From NCBI GenBank assembly GCA_021815445.1, contig JAKAGM010000001.1:467710-531709 (forward strand): a stretch of 64,000 nucleotides of DNA. The letters are read 5' to 3'. Positions within the stretch are counted from its first letter, which is position 1, and every line of letters begins with the position of its first letter. The notes under the pieces are model-generated. The model did no database searches. It saw only the letters and a program-made list of their open reading frames with translations, and was not told where the DNA came from. A program made the translations under genes and the position numbers. Below are positions 1-9,615 of the stretch, piece by piece. Source of the stretch: a bacterium (GTDB lineage Bacteria > Patescibacteriota > Patescibacteriia > UBA10025).

Positions 1-7
1 CGATAAT

Positions 8-1264
8 GTGCCCACTACAGTCAAAGCCTTCGGGAAAAATGCGGGCGATAAAGTCGTCGCACAAAGTTTTTCAACAGCAGTTGACACCCCGGTAAAACGG
101 ATCCAGGTTTACCTGCGCAAACACTCGAACCCAAACAACAACATCACGCTTCGGCTTGTTGCTGATACTGGCGCGAATAATCCGAGCAACACGGTCATCA
201 GCCAGGCGACTATCAGTAAGAATGACATAAGCGGCGCGTTTTCCTGGATTGAAGTGAGTTTCCCTATTCCCCCGCTGCTTGTCGGGGGAAGGACGTATTG
301 GCTGACCCTGGACGCGAATGCTGTCGATACGAAATATTACGAATGGGACCTCGATACAAATGCGGCTGCATTCCCCGGCGAGGCTCGTCAGACAACGGAC
401 TTTTCTACTGGCGCCTGGAACGTCGTGAACGGCGACTTCGCATTCAAAACTTTTGGCGTCGGAGCGACATCAGCATCGAACGTGACTGTCGGAACTTCCG
501 CCAAGCCAAAAAATCTTCATGCGAAAAATATTTTGAATTCTTCGGAGATTTGGGGTGACGCATACTATGATTCCAAAGACGCCGCCTCGATAGTGCATGG
601 TGCGTCCCACCCCTCGACAAATGATCTGCCCAAGCCCTTTCCGATACAAGACGCGGATATCACGAATTGGGAGAATATTGCCGCGGCCGGCGGCAACCTC
701 ACGGCAGGAGATGTCGATACGTTTACTCCCGGAGTCGGAGGAGCTCCCGATACCTATACAATCACCAGTGCGAGGAGTTTCGGGCCCAAGAAAATTGTCG
801 GCAATCTCATACTTGATAACGGCGCAAATCTTACGCTGACCGGCAACATTTGGGTTACGGGAAATATTACCTTCGCTCACCCCGGCGCCCACGTTCAGCT
901 CGCGGCAAGTTTTGGACCGTTATCCGGCGTTGTCATTACCGACGGGCAAATTGTTGATAAGAACAATTCAGTCATCAGAGGTTCCGGAGATCCAAAAAGT
1001 TTTCCCCTCTTTATCTCTACGCTCAACCTGATTGACACGCCGGCTATCGATACGAGCAATAATTCCCGTTCGGTGATTTATTACGCTCCCTTTGGCGTTA
1101 TCCACCTCGATCAAAACGGGTACCTCAATAGCGCGTTGGCCTATTACATAGAAATGGACCAGGGCAGTACAGTCGAGTATAACTCCGCCTTACAGGGATT
1201 CACTCTCCCCCCCGAACCCGGACGCGTCTTTGGAGTCGAATCAGGCACCTGGCAGGAGAAGTAG
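8..1264 (+). CDS. Hypothetical secreted beta-solenoid repeat protein. The start is GTG at position 8 with no in-frame stop upstream inside the window, so the N-terminus may lie beyond the window edge.
   Basis: Long ORF with repeated NxT/G-rich beta-strand-like segments (NLILDNGANLTLTGNIWVTGNITF) typical of right-handed beta-helix proteins. No catalytic motif recognised. Confidence 0.45.
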   Translation: MPTTVKAFGKNAGDKVVAQSFSTAVDTPVKRIQVYLRKHSNPNNNITLRLVADTGANNPSNTVISQATISKNDISGAFSWIEVSFPIPPLLVGGRTYWLTLDANAVDTKYYEWDLDTNAAAFPGEARQTTDFSTGAWNVVNGDFAFKTFGVGATSASNVTVGTSAKPKNLHAKNILNSSEIWGDAYYDSKDAASIVHGASHPSTNDLPKPFPIQDADITNWENIAAAGGNLTAGDVDTFTPGVGGAPDTYTITSARSFGPKKIVGNLILDNGANLTLTGNIWVTGNITFAHPGAHVQLAASFGPLSGVVITDGQIVDKNNSVIRGSGDPKSFPLFISTLNLIDTPAIDTSNNSRSVIYYAPFGVIHLDQNGYLNSALAYYIEMDQGSTVEYNSALQGFTLPPEPGRVFGVESGTWQEK

Positions 1265-1418
1265 TGAGGACAAAACGAGTTTCTCCCTTAAAAGTGCCAG
1301 GCAATGGGAGACACAAAACTACATTTTCATTGAGAAACCCAAAGAAAAGCCAGAAAACCGGGTTATCCACAGTAGCTGTAATCAGCTAAAAACAGCTAAA
1401 AATACGAACAAGCCGAGG

Positions 1419-1447
1419 GCTTGACAAAATAACCATCACCGGGTAAG
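1419..1447 (+). promoter_or_regulatory. Sigma70-like promoter (TTGACA-17-TAAGAT) upstream of the giant adhesin gene, leaving a ~380-nt leader.
   Basis: TTGACA at 1419-1424, 17-nt spacer, TAAGAT at 1442-1447, read directly from the sequence. Confidence 0.5.
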
Positions 1448-1834
1448 ATGCATGAACAAAAGATAGTGTTTTGAGAACAATTCCCAAAAAAATCAAAACA
1501 TCGCTCATTAGTCCACGTAGGAGGAAACTGTACATTCCAAAAATACTTTCGGAGGAAAGTATAAAAAGCCAACAAAAGGTTATAAAAGCAATGCCTCGCT
1601 GAAGCTTAAGCGAAGCGGGCAGCAATAAAATCAGCTTCAAGTCGGATAAACACTCTAGGGTAACCCCTAGAATTCACGCTGATTTCTTTCACAAGTTGAG
1701 TTTATAACTTTCTGTTGGCTTTTTTGATTGTCTGGCTACGCCAGACAACAATCCTGCCTGAGCGAGTCCCTTGTCGAAGGATCTCGCTCAACCATCAACT
1801 TAATTAACTCTATATATCAATTAACACACATTAT

Positions 1835-4800
1835 ATGACTATTAATCTCCTCCCCCGCAAGACCTGGCGCCAGAGAATCCTCAAGGGCGTCCACGTTTTC
1901 GCATTACTCGCTCTCGTGGCAAATATGTCCATGGCGAGCGTTTTTATTTCGCCGACCACTACGCTGGCCAAGCAGGCTGATACTGCTGAACAAGTCCCGC
2001 AAAGCGCTACGGTGAATACCGACGCGGCTACCACTGCCGCGGTGAGCACGCCTGTCCCTAATCCGGCGCTCGGCCAATCATGCGGTTTGGATATCGGCTT
2101 GATCGTTGATACCTCGGGCAGTATTGATTCCACGGAGATGTTGCAGATGAAAACGGCCATGACGAATTTTTCCAACGCTTTTGTCGGCACACCGACTGTC
2201 TTTAGTCTGACCTCTTTCGCGGATGATTCAGTGTTGAAGAGAGCTTTCTCCCGCACCCCGACCCAGATGGCCGGAGATATCGGCACAGACATTCCGTCAT
2301 ACGGCAACGGGTGGACGAACTGGGACAGCGGTTTGGCAAGAAGCTTTGCCACTTTTGATCCGCGTGCCGCTAAATCAAATTTAATTGTTATTGCTACTGA
2401 CGGCTCTCCCAACCACTGGGGTTATCCGACAAACACGGGAATCACTGATTACACTCAGGCGTTAAGCTATGCTGTCACTCGCGCCAACACTATCAAAACT
2501 GCCGGCACGCGAATCGTCGTCGTGGGCATTGGCAATGATACCAGCGATCCGGCAACTCTTGCCGAGAAACTGCAAAAGATGGAAGACATCAGCGGAACAA
2601 ATGTTGCCACAACTCCCGGAGCGATCACTACCTCAACCGATGTAATTAAAGTCACTGACTTTACCGGCATTGGATCAGCATTGTCAGCTTTCGCCAGCCA
2701 ATTGTGCGGCGGAAAAATCCTCGTCCAAAAACAATTTGATACCAACGGCGACGGCCAAGTCGACCTGGACGGTTCGCAGCCGAATGACGCCCTGACCGGA
2801 TGGACATTTGATGTCAATGGAACGCCGACGAATCCGGCTCCGCTCACCACCACGAATACCGGTGCGCTATCCTTCGATGTTCAGAACGGCACCTACAGTG
2901 TCTCTGAGACAAACATAAAATCCGGAACCCGACTTGCCAGCGCAACATGCGTCAAGGGCACCCAGGCGGTTGGGACTTTTGACCCGGCCACAAAGACCGT
3001 CAACGGCCTGGTGATGGGAACGGACGGAACAATTAATTGCAACTTCGTCAATTCAACCGACACCGGAACTCTGAAAGTCGTCAAGCATGTCGTCGGCGGA
3101 ACAGCCACGGCTGCTAACTGGCAGCTTCACGTCAAACAAAACGGCAGTGAAGTCGCCGGCAGCCCGCAAGCGGGGAGCGAAGCAGGCACCAGCTATACTC
3201 TACCGGTTGGAACATACAACGTTTCTGAAACCGGAGGGTCCGCCAATTATACCCAGTCATTTTCAGACAACTGCCCCGGCGGTACCATTACCATCGCAAA
3301 TGGCCAAACTGCCGCCTGTACGCTGACGAATACCCGCGATACGGCCAGAGTGGTATTCCAAAAAGTTCTTGTCGGCAACTCCCAGAACCAGGTTCCCGCC
3401 GACTGGACGTTCACGGTCAACGACCAGCAAGTGAACGGCAACGGCGGCTCGACTGTTTTGCAGACCAACCAGGATTACACTGTCACCGAATCCTCCAGTT
3501 ACAGCAATCTTTATTCTTTGACGAATGCTACCGGCGCCTGCCATCTCAATGCCCAGGGCCAAATCATCGTGAATACCGCCGCCAACGGCGGCACCTGCAC
3601 AGTCACCAACACCCGGAATACCGGATCGCTGGTCGTGCATAAGGATGTCGTGAACCCGGATGGCGGCGCTGTGTCAGATACGCACCAGTTCACCGTCACT
3701 CTTGATGGCGGAAACTCAAAAACAATTGCTGAAGGGACTGACGCGACATACTTGAATCTTCCCACGGGAACATACACCGTGGCTGAAAACTCGGACGCAG
3801 ATTACACGTTTGTTTCGTATAGCTCTGACACTGACGTAAATACCGCAGGCGCACAGGTGGTCGTAACAAAAGACGGCACGACCCAGCTTACGGTGACGAA
3901 CAAGCAGAAGAAAGCGACGGTGACGATCAACAAAGATGTCCGCGACTATCTGGGCAATGACGTTTCTGACAGCACTTCATTTCAAGTGACCTGGAGCGGG
4001 AGCCCGATGACCATAAGCGAGGGATCCCCCGCTGTCTTCCAAGTGAACCCCGGGACATACACATTTACTGAAACAGCAAACTCGCTCTATACCACCCAGA
4101 CAGCTTCGTATCAGGTGACAGTTACAAGCAACGGTTCCGCTTCACGCACCTTTGTGAACTGGCAGAAGTCCGGCACGATTACGGGCATGAAGTTTAATGA
4201 CATGAACGGCAATGGCGTGAAAGATTCGGGCGACAACGGATTGCAGAACTGGGAAATCTATATTGACTCGAACGGCAACGGATCGTGGGACAGTGCAGAA
4301 CCTAAAGTCGTCACCGATGTAAACGGCAACTACACATTCACCAATCTGACCCCCGGCACCTACAAAGTTCGGGAAATCCAAAAGAACGGCTGGACGCAAA
4401 CCTACCCGTCAAACAACCTGAACAATGTTACGCTCTCGGTCGGACAAACAGTGAGTAACCAAAACTTCGGCAACTTCCAGCTCGGAGCCATTACAGGCAT
4501 GAAGTTCAACGACCTGAACGGCAACGGCGTGAAAGACGCCGGAGAGCCGGGAATAGCCGGATGGACCATCAACATTACGAGTCCGGTGAATACCAATACC
4601 ACGACAGATGTGAATGGCAACTACATCTTCCCGAACCTTACTGCGGGCACCTATGCGGTCAGTGAGACTCACCAGACAGGCTGGACGCAGACCGCGCCGG
4701 CCGGAGGCACGTATTCCGTGCCGATTACCTCAGGTACAGCCGCTGCCGATAAGAACTTCGGAAATTTTCAGAATATTTCCGTCCGAGTCTGCAAGTACGT

Positions 4801-7800
4801 GGATACCAACGGTGATGGAAATATCGCCAATGACCCGCTCTACACGGGGCAGGGCGGCTGGGCTATGACGTTGAACACCGCTACCACGCAAAATACCGTT
4901 GAAGGTTGTACCACCTTCTCGAACCTCGGCCCCGGAGCTTACACGTTAAGTGAAGGCGCTAAATCGGGCTGGGTAAAAACCTACCCTGTGGGAGCTAATT
5001 ACCAGTTCAATGCTGTTTCAGGCCAAAACCAGGATTACAAGTTTGGAAATTTCCAGACTGCAACTGTTTCCGGGTACAAATACAATGACATGAACGGCGA
5101 CGGTAACTTAGCTGACGGCGCTCCCCTGCAAAACTGGGAAATCAAGGCTACAAAAGGCGCCGCAGTCAAGACCGCCACTACAGATGTGAATGGCTTCTAC
5201 CAATTCAGTTTCTCGCCCAGCGAGAACGGCCAATGGATAATCAGCGAAACCTTAAAGGCTGACTGGACCCAGACAGCGCCCAACGGCGGGACGTATACCG
5301 TCAACGTCGCTTCGGGGACCAATGAAGTCAATAAGAACTTCGGCAATTTCCATAACGCCAGCGTCACTGTCTGCAAATACGTAGACGTGAACGGCGACGG
5401 TAACATTGTCGGCGACCCGCTCTACACTGCCGCAGGCGGATGGCCTGTCCGTTTCCACGGCATTACTCAGAATACAGTTGACGGCTGCACCACGTTTACC
5501 GGCATCACTCCGGGAAGCTACACCGTTGACGAGCTCAACCTTTCCGGCTGGACACGCACTATGCCGACGGGGCCGTCCTATACCTACACCGCCGTCTCCG
5601 GTGACCACACGACTTACAACTTTGCCAACTTCCAGCTCGGATCAATTTCAGGCATGAAGTTCAACGACCTGAACGGCAACGGCACCAAAGACATCGGAGA
5701 ACCCGGTTTGGCAGGATGGACCATCAGCATTTCCGGACCGGCAAGCGCAAATACCGTGACTGATGCAAATGGCAACTATAGCTTCGCTAATCTGACTGCA
5801 GGTACCTACACGGTGAGTGAAACACAACAGGGTGGCTGGACACAAACTGCACCGGCTGGAAATACCTACTCGGTAGCAATTACTTCAGGAACTGCGGCCA
5901 CCGGAAAAAATTTCGGCAACTTCCAAAAGATCTCTGTCCGCGTGTGCAAGTATGTTGACGTCAACGGCGATGGAAATATCGCCAATGACCCGCTCTACAC
6001 GGGGCAGGGCGGTTGGGCTATGACGTTGAACACCGCTACCACGCAAAATACCGTTGAAGGTTGTACCACCTTCTCGAACCTCGGCCCCGGAGCTTACACG
6101 GTAAGTGAAGGAGCGAAGACCGGCTGGATCAAGACCTATCCGACAGCTGCAAACTACGCTTTCAACGCTGTCTCGGGCCAAAACCAGACCTTTGCATTCG
6201 GCAACTACCAGACAGCCACAGTCTCGGGCTATAAGTTCGAGGATACAAATGGCAACGGCGTCCGGGACAACGGCGAGCTTGGATTGCCAAATTGGCATAT
6301 CACCGCTACCAAAGGCGCGTCGGTAAAAGATGTGACGACAGACGCGAACGGTTTCTATCAGTTCTCTTTCGCCCCGAATGAAACGGGCTCATGGACTGTC
6401 GGTGAGGTGAACCAGGCCGGATGGACGCAAACAGCTCCAGTAAGCGCGACTTATGCTGTAGCTGTAAACTCCGGCACCGCTGAGATAAACAAGAATTTCG
6501 GCAACTTCAAGAATTTCAATGTGTACGTCTGCAAATATGTGGACGGCAACGGTGACGGCTCAGTGGCTTACGACAGCTTTTACAACGGCGAGGGCGGCTG
6601 GCCTATCGTATTGAACGACGTTACGCACTATACGACAAATGGCTGCGCCGAGTTCACCGACCTTGGCCCCGGCAGTTATACATTGAATGAAGGTTCAAAA
6701 GTCGGGTGGATCCAGACGAATCCGCAGGGCGGATATGAGTTCAACGGCGCATCGGGCTTCGATCCTGAATATATCTTCGCCAATTTCCAGCTTGGTTCAG
6801 TCTCGGGCCATAAGTTCGAGGACATGAACGGTAACGGGAAATTCGACCTTGGCACTGACCTGCCGAAGAGCGATGTCACCATCAAACTCTGGCACGACGG
6901 CGAAGTTGTCGCCACCGACGTCACTGACGAGAACGGCGCATACAGTTTCACCGGGCTTAAGGCCGGCGATTACACTGTTTCAGAGAATCCGCTTGCCGGA
7001 TGGATACAGACCTATCCCGCGCTCCCCGGCACCTATGCCTTCACAATTTCTTCGGGAACAGTACTGACAGACTATGACTTCGGCAACTTCAAGCAAACCT
7101 CAATTTCCGGGATGAAGTTTAACGATGTCAACGGAAACGGCGTGAAAGACCAGGGTGAGAACGGACTCGCGGGTTGGACCATAAAACTCTTTGCGCTCAA
7201 TGACGGCCAGTACGTGTCCCAGTCTCAAACCGTCACTGATGACGCGGGCAATTACTCCTTTAATGCGCTGACTCCGGGGACATACTCCCTCTCTGAGACA
7301 AACCAGGATGGCTGGACGCAAACGTATCCTGCCGCTCCCGGCTCCTACACAGGTATTGAATTGACATCGGGAATTCCTTTTGTCGGCAAAGACTTCGGCA
7401 ACTTCAAACTTGGCAAGATATCCGGCTACAAATTCGACAATACCGGAAGCAAGCTCGATAACTGGCAGGTCTGCTTGAGCGGCGGGTCAATCGACAACGG
7501 CGTCGACAAGGACTTCGGTTCCCACTGCGTCGTCACGGGAAGCGGCGAATGGCCGACCGGCTACTATGAGTTTTCCGGCTTGCTTGCCGGCACATATAGC
7601 GTGAAAGAAACGGCCCAGGACGGTTGGACAGCGGTAACCCCTGCTTCGGGTGAATATACCGGCATCGCTGTAACTTCACAGTTCGACAAGTCTTACGACT
7701 TCACGAATCGCCGCATCTATCCTGATCTTACCATCTCGAAGACTGACGGTCTCACCACGGCCAACCCCGGCCAGACAATCACCTACACGATTGTCGTGAA

Positions 7801-9295
7801 GAACCAGGGCGAATACAAAGCTGATGGCGTAGTCGTCACCGACACGTTGCCCGCGCACCTGACATTCGTCTCGGCGAGTCCCGCCGCGGCCACACAGGTC
7901 GGCAACGCGCTGACATGGAATCTCGGCACGCTCGCTGTCGGTGCTTCACAGACAATAACCGTCACTGCGAAAATAGACGCGCTGATGCCGTTCGGGAACA
8001 CTGATCTGAAAAACACGGCTACCGCCTCGACAACGACTGTCGAACCGGACACTTCAAATAACACCGCGACTGATACTACAACTGTCCCGGCATCGCCAAC
8101 AATCTCCCTGACTAAGACAGCTTCAGCGCCTCAGGTCAATCCGGGCGACACTATCACCTTTACCATGACATGGGGCGTGGATAGCAACAGCCAGGCGACC
8201 AACGTGGTACTCACCGACCCCGTTCCGGCGAATACGACCTTCGTCTCTGCGAATAATGGCGGTGTCTACAACTCCGGAACTAACACAGTTACCTGGACAC
8301 TCGGGACCAAGAATCCCGGCGATACAGGCGCTGTCCAGCTCGTAGTCAAGGCGTTTACGCCTCTTGCAAGCGGCACGGTGATTAAAAACGTCGCCACACT
8401 TGGCTCGACACAGAACAACCCTGTCCAGGCGCAGGCGTCTGTCACTATTGTTTCAGGGCCTATCCTGAAAATTTCCAAAGTTGCCGACAAACAGCAGGTA
8501 AACCCGGGCTCGAAAGTGACATACACTGTCGTCATCACCAACACGGGCAACGACCAGGCGACAAATGCCACGCTCACCGATACCCTGCCGGCCGGCTTCA
8601 CGTTCGCTGACTCTGGCCTGTCGACCAAGACGTTCGTCCTCGGCAATCTCCTCGCAGGCACGAGCGTTACCACAACCTACGATGTCAACGTCGCATCAGA
8701 CGCGACTGCCGGCATCCACGAGAACACGGCAACGACAAAGGCGGACAATCATCCTGCCGTCACGGCCAAAGCTCCCGTCGAGGTCATCATCCCGCAGATC
8801 CTCGCGGAGCAGGCGTTCCCTAAACTGGTGATTACAAAAAAGGTGGACAAAGCGTTTGCCAATCCCGGCAACACCGTTACCTATACTGTCGTAGTGGAAA
8901 ATACGGGAAATGCCGTCGCGATAAACGTCCAGGTGCAGGATCTCCTGCCCGCGGGTTTCACCTTTACCGACAAGACGACCACAAAAGTGTTTAAAGTCGG
9001 AGACCTGGCGCCCGGCCAGAAGCATGATGTGAAATATGACGTCGTCATCAGCAAAGACATGCCGGCAGGCACCTACAAGAACTTCGCAGTCGCGTGGGCT
9101 GACAACCATCCGAATGTCACAGTGTCCGCCCCGCTTGAAGTGAGAGTTCCCAAGGTGCTCGGCGCCGAGATTCTTCCGACCACCGGCAACAACCTGCTTG
9201 AAATAGTCTTCATAGCATTCGCAGCGCTCTTCGTATTCTTTATCGGCTGGGGCCTCTGGGTAACCCGCCGGGACGAGAACGAGGAACGGGCATAA
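1835..9295 (+). CDS. Giant LPXTG-anchored surface adhesin of 2486 aa. Architecture: N-terminal signal/TM, a vWA domain with a MIDAS motif, about 14 SdrD-B/CnaB-type domains, five DUF11 repeats, and a C-terminal LPTTG sorting signal.
   Basis: vWA MIDAS motif DTSGS within DIGLIVDTSGSIDS. Repeated units MKFNDxNGNGVKDxGExGxxGWTI ... TDVNGNYxFxNLTxGTYxVSE ... GWTQT resemble SdrD B-like/CnaB folds. DUF11-like repeats (TYTIVVKNQGEYKADGVVVTDTLPAHLTFVSASP). C-terminus has LPTTGNN, a hydrophobic stretch, then RRDENEERA. Confidence 0.9.
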   Translation: MTINLLPRKTWRQRILKGVHVFALLALVANMSMASVFISPTTTLAKQADTAEQVPQSATVNTDAATTAAVSTPVPNPALGQSCGLDIGLIVDTSGSIDSTEMLQMKTAMTNFSNAFVGTPTVFSLTSFADDSVLKRAFSRTPTQMAGDIGTDIPSYGNGWTNWDSGLARSFATFDPRAAKSNLIVIATDGSPNHWGYPTNTGITDYTQALSYAVTRANTIKTAGTRIVVVGIGNDTSDPATLAEKLQKMEDISGTNVATTPGAITTSTDVIKVTDFTGIGSALSAFASQLCGGKILVQKQFDTNGDGQVDLDGSQPNDALTGWTFDVNGTPTNPAPLTTTNTGALSFDVQNGTYSVSETNIKSGTRLASATCVKGTQAVGTFDPATKTVNGLVMGTDGTINCNFVNSTDTGTLKVVKHVVGGTATAANWQLHVKQNGSEVAGSPQAGSEAGTSYTLPVGTYNVSETGGSANYTQSFSDNCPGGTITIANGQTAACTLTNTRDTARVVFQKVLVGNSQNQVPADWTFTVNDQQVNGNGGSTVLQTNQDYTVTESSSYSNLYSLTNATGACHLNAQGQIIVNTAANGGTCTVTNTRNTGSLVVHKDVVNPDGGAVSDTHQFTVTLDGGNSKTIAEGTDATYLNLPTGTYTVAENSDADYTFVSYSSDTDVNTAGAQVVVTKDGTTQLTVTNKQKKATVTINKDVRDYLGNDVSDSTSFQVTWSGSPMTISEGSPAVFQVNPGTYTFTETANSLYTTQTASYQVTVTSNGSASRTFVNWQKSGTITGMKFNDMNGNGVKDSGDNGLQNWEIYIDSNGNGSWDSAEPKVVTDVNGNYTFTNLTPGTYKVREIQKNGWTQTYPSNNLNNVTLSVGQTVSNQNFGNFQLGAITGMKFNDLNGNGVKDAGEPGIAGWTINITSPVNTNTTTDVNGNYIFPNLTAGTYAVSETHQTGWTQTAPAGGTYSVPITSGTAAADKNFGNFQNISVRVCKYVDTNGDGNIANDPLYTGQGGWAMTLNTATTQNTVEGCTTFSNLGPGAYTLSEGAKSGWVKTYPVGANYQFNAVSGQNQDYKFGNFQTATVSGYKYNDMNGDGNLADGAPLQNWEIKATKGAAVKTATTDVNGFYQFSFSPSENGQWIISETLKADWTQTAPNGGTYTVNVASGTNEVNKNFGNFHNASVTVCKYVDVNGDGNIVGDPLYTAAGGWPVRFHGITQNTVDGCTTFTGITPGSYTVDELNLSGWTRTMPTGPSYTYTAVSGDHTTYNFANFQLGSISGMKFNDLNGNGTKDIGEPGLAGWTISISGPASANTVTDANGNYSFANLTAGTYTVSETQQGGWTQTAPAGNTYSVAITSGTAATGKNFGNFQKISVRVCKYVDVNGDGNIANDPLYTGQGGWAMTLNTATTQNTVEGCTTFSNLGPGAYTVSEGAKTGWIKTYPTAANYAFNAVSGQNQTFAFGNYQTATVSGYKFEDTNGNGVRDNGELGLPNWHITATKGASVKDVTTDANGFYQFSFAPNETGSWTVGEVNQAGWTQTAPVSATYAVAVNSGTAEINKNFGNFKNFNVYVCKYVDGNGDGSVAYDSFYNGEGGWPIVLNDVTHYTTNGCAEFTDLGPGSYTLNEGSKVGWIQTNPQGGYEFNGASGFDPEYIFANFQLGSVSGHKFEDMNGNGKFDLGTDLPKSDVTIKLWHDGEVVATDVTDENGAYSFTGLKAGDYTVSENPLAGWIQTYPALPGTYAFTISSGTVLTDYDFGNFKQTSISGMKFNDVNGNGVKDQGENGLAGWTIKLFALNDGQYVSQSQTVTDDAGNYSFNALTPGTYSLSETNQDGWTQTYPAAPGSYTGIELTSGIPFVGKDFGNFKLGKISGYKFDNTGSKLDNWQVCLSGGSIDNGVDKDFGSHCVVTGSGEWPTGYYEFSGLLAGTYSVKETAQDGWTAVTPASGEYTGIAVTSQFDKSYDFTNRRIYPDLTISKTDGLTTANPGQTITYTIVVKNQGEYKADGVVVTDTLPAHLTFVSASPAAATQVGNALTWNLGTLAVGASQTITVTAKIDALMPFGNTDLKNTATASTTTVEPDTSNNTATDTTTVPASPTISLTKTASAPQVNPGDTITFTMTWGVDSNSQATNVVLTDPVPANTTFVSANNGGVYNSGTNTVTWTLGTKNPGDTGAVQLVVKAFTPLASGTVIKNVATLGSTQNNPVQAQASVTIVSGPILKISKVADKQQVNPGSKVTYTVVITNTGNDQATNATLTDTLPAGFTFADSGLSTKTFVLGNLLAGTSVTTTYDVNVASDATAGIHENTATTKADNHPAVTAKAPVEVIIPQILAEQAFPKLVITKKVDKAFANPGNTVTYTVVVENTGNAVAINVQVQDLLPAGFTFTDKTTTKVFKVGDLAPGQKHDVKYDVVISKDMPAGTYKNFAVAWADNHPNVTVSAPLEVRVPKVLGAEILPTTGNNLLEIVFIAFAALFVFFIGWGLWVTRRDENEERA
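4481..6790 (+). repeat. Intragenic tandem duplication of two 1155-bp units (385 aa each, four CnaB/SdrD-B-like domains per unit). The units contain 133-bp cores that are near-identical at the DNA level (4813-4945 vs 5968-6100, one mismatch).
   Basis: Direct comparison of the two units. Protein segments LGAITGMKFNDLNGNGVKDAGEPGIAGWTI... and LGSISGMKFNDLNGNGTKDIGEPGLAGWTI... are collinear, and the ISVRVCKYVD...GPGAYT block is identical at the nucleotide level except for one C/T. Confidence 0.85.
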
Positions 9296-9470
9296 ATGTA
9301 TTTAACGCGCAGGGCGGGTCTCTCACCGAGCCTGAGGCTCTCAGAGCCGAAGGCCTGACCCGCCCTCGCATCGGGAGAGTACCCCAGGTCTCCCGACCTG
9401 GGGTCAAAGCCCCTCCACCAAAAGTGCGCAGGCCAAGTCTCCTGACTTGGCCGGACAATCCAACGGGGAC
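9296..9470 (+). promoter_or_regulatory. Structured intergenic region with three related palindromic hairpins, each containing a GTCTC core. Probable terminator/insulator or protein-binding array between the two LPXTG genes.
   Basis: Palindromes AGGGCGGGTC...GACCCGCCCT enclosing GGCTCTCAGAGCC, then CCCCAGGTCtcccgACCTGGGG and GGCCAAGTCtcctgACTTGGCC, in ~150 nt. Confidence 0.35.
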
Positions 9471-9500
9471 TTGACAACTTGTTGTCAATATCAGTACACT
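9471..9500 (+). promoter_or_regulatory. Candidate sigma70 promoter whose -35 lies inside an 8-bp inverted repeat (TTGACAAC ttg TTGTCAA), which could be an operator.
   Basis: TTGACA at 9471-9476, ~18-nt spacer, TACACT. The palindrome TTGACAACTTGTTGTCAA overlaps the -35. Confidence 0.35.
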
Positions 9501-9615
9501 AAGCGTGTCCATTTTACAAAATACATCCCAGAAAACCCCCTCCCCAGAAGTCACGGGGACAGAGGTTTTTCCAGGAATTGGAACCGGCAGTACTAATAAT
9601 TTATCAATATAACTT

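Noticed and set aside
4481-6790. Considered a diversity-generating retroelement (TR/VR pair) as the explanation for the near-identical internal repeats
   Set aside because: No reverse transcriptase ORF anywhere in the window. The single mismatch is C/T rather than adenine-specific, and the repeats are in-frame domain duplications of equal length.
2467-9109. Dozens of 60-200-aa ORFs on both strands inside the giant adhesin gene
   Set aside because: All overlap the 2486-aa ORF, whose domain grammar (vWA, CnaB, DUF11, LPXTG) is unambiguous. They are frame shadows.
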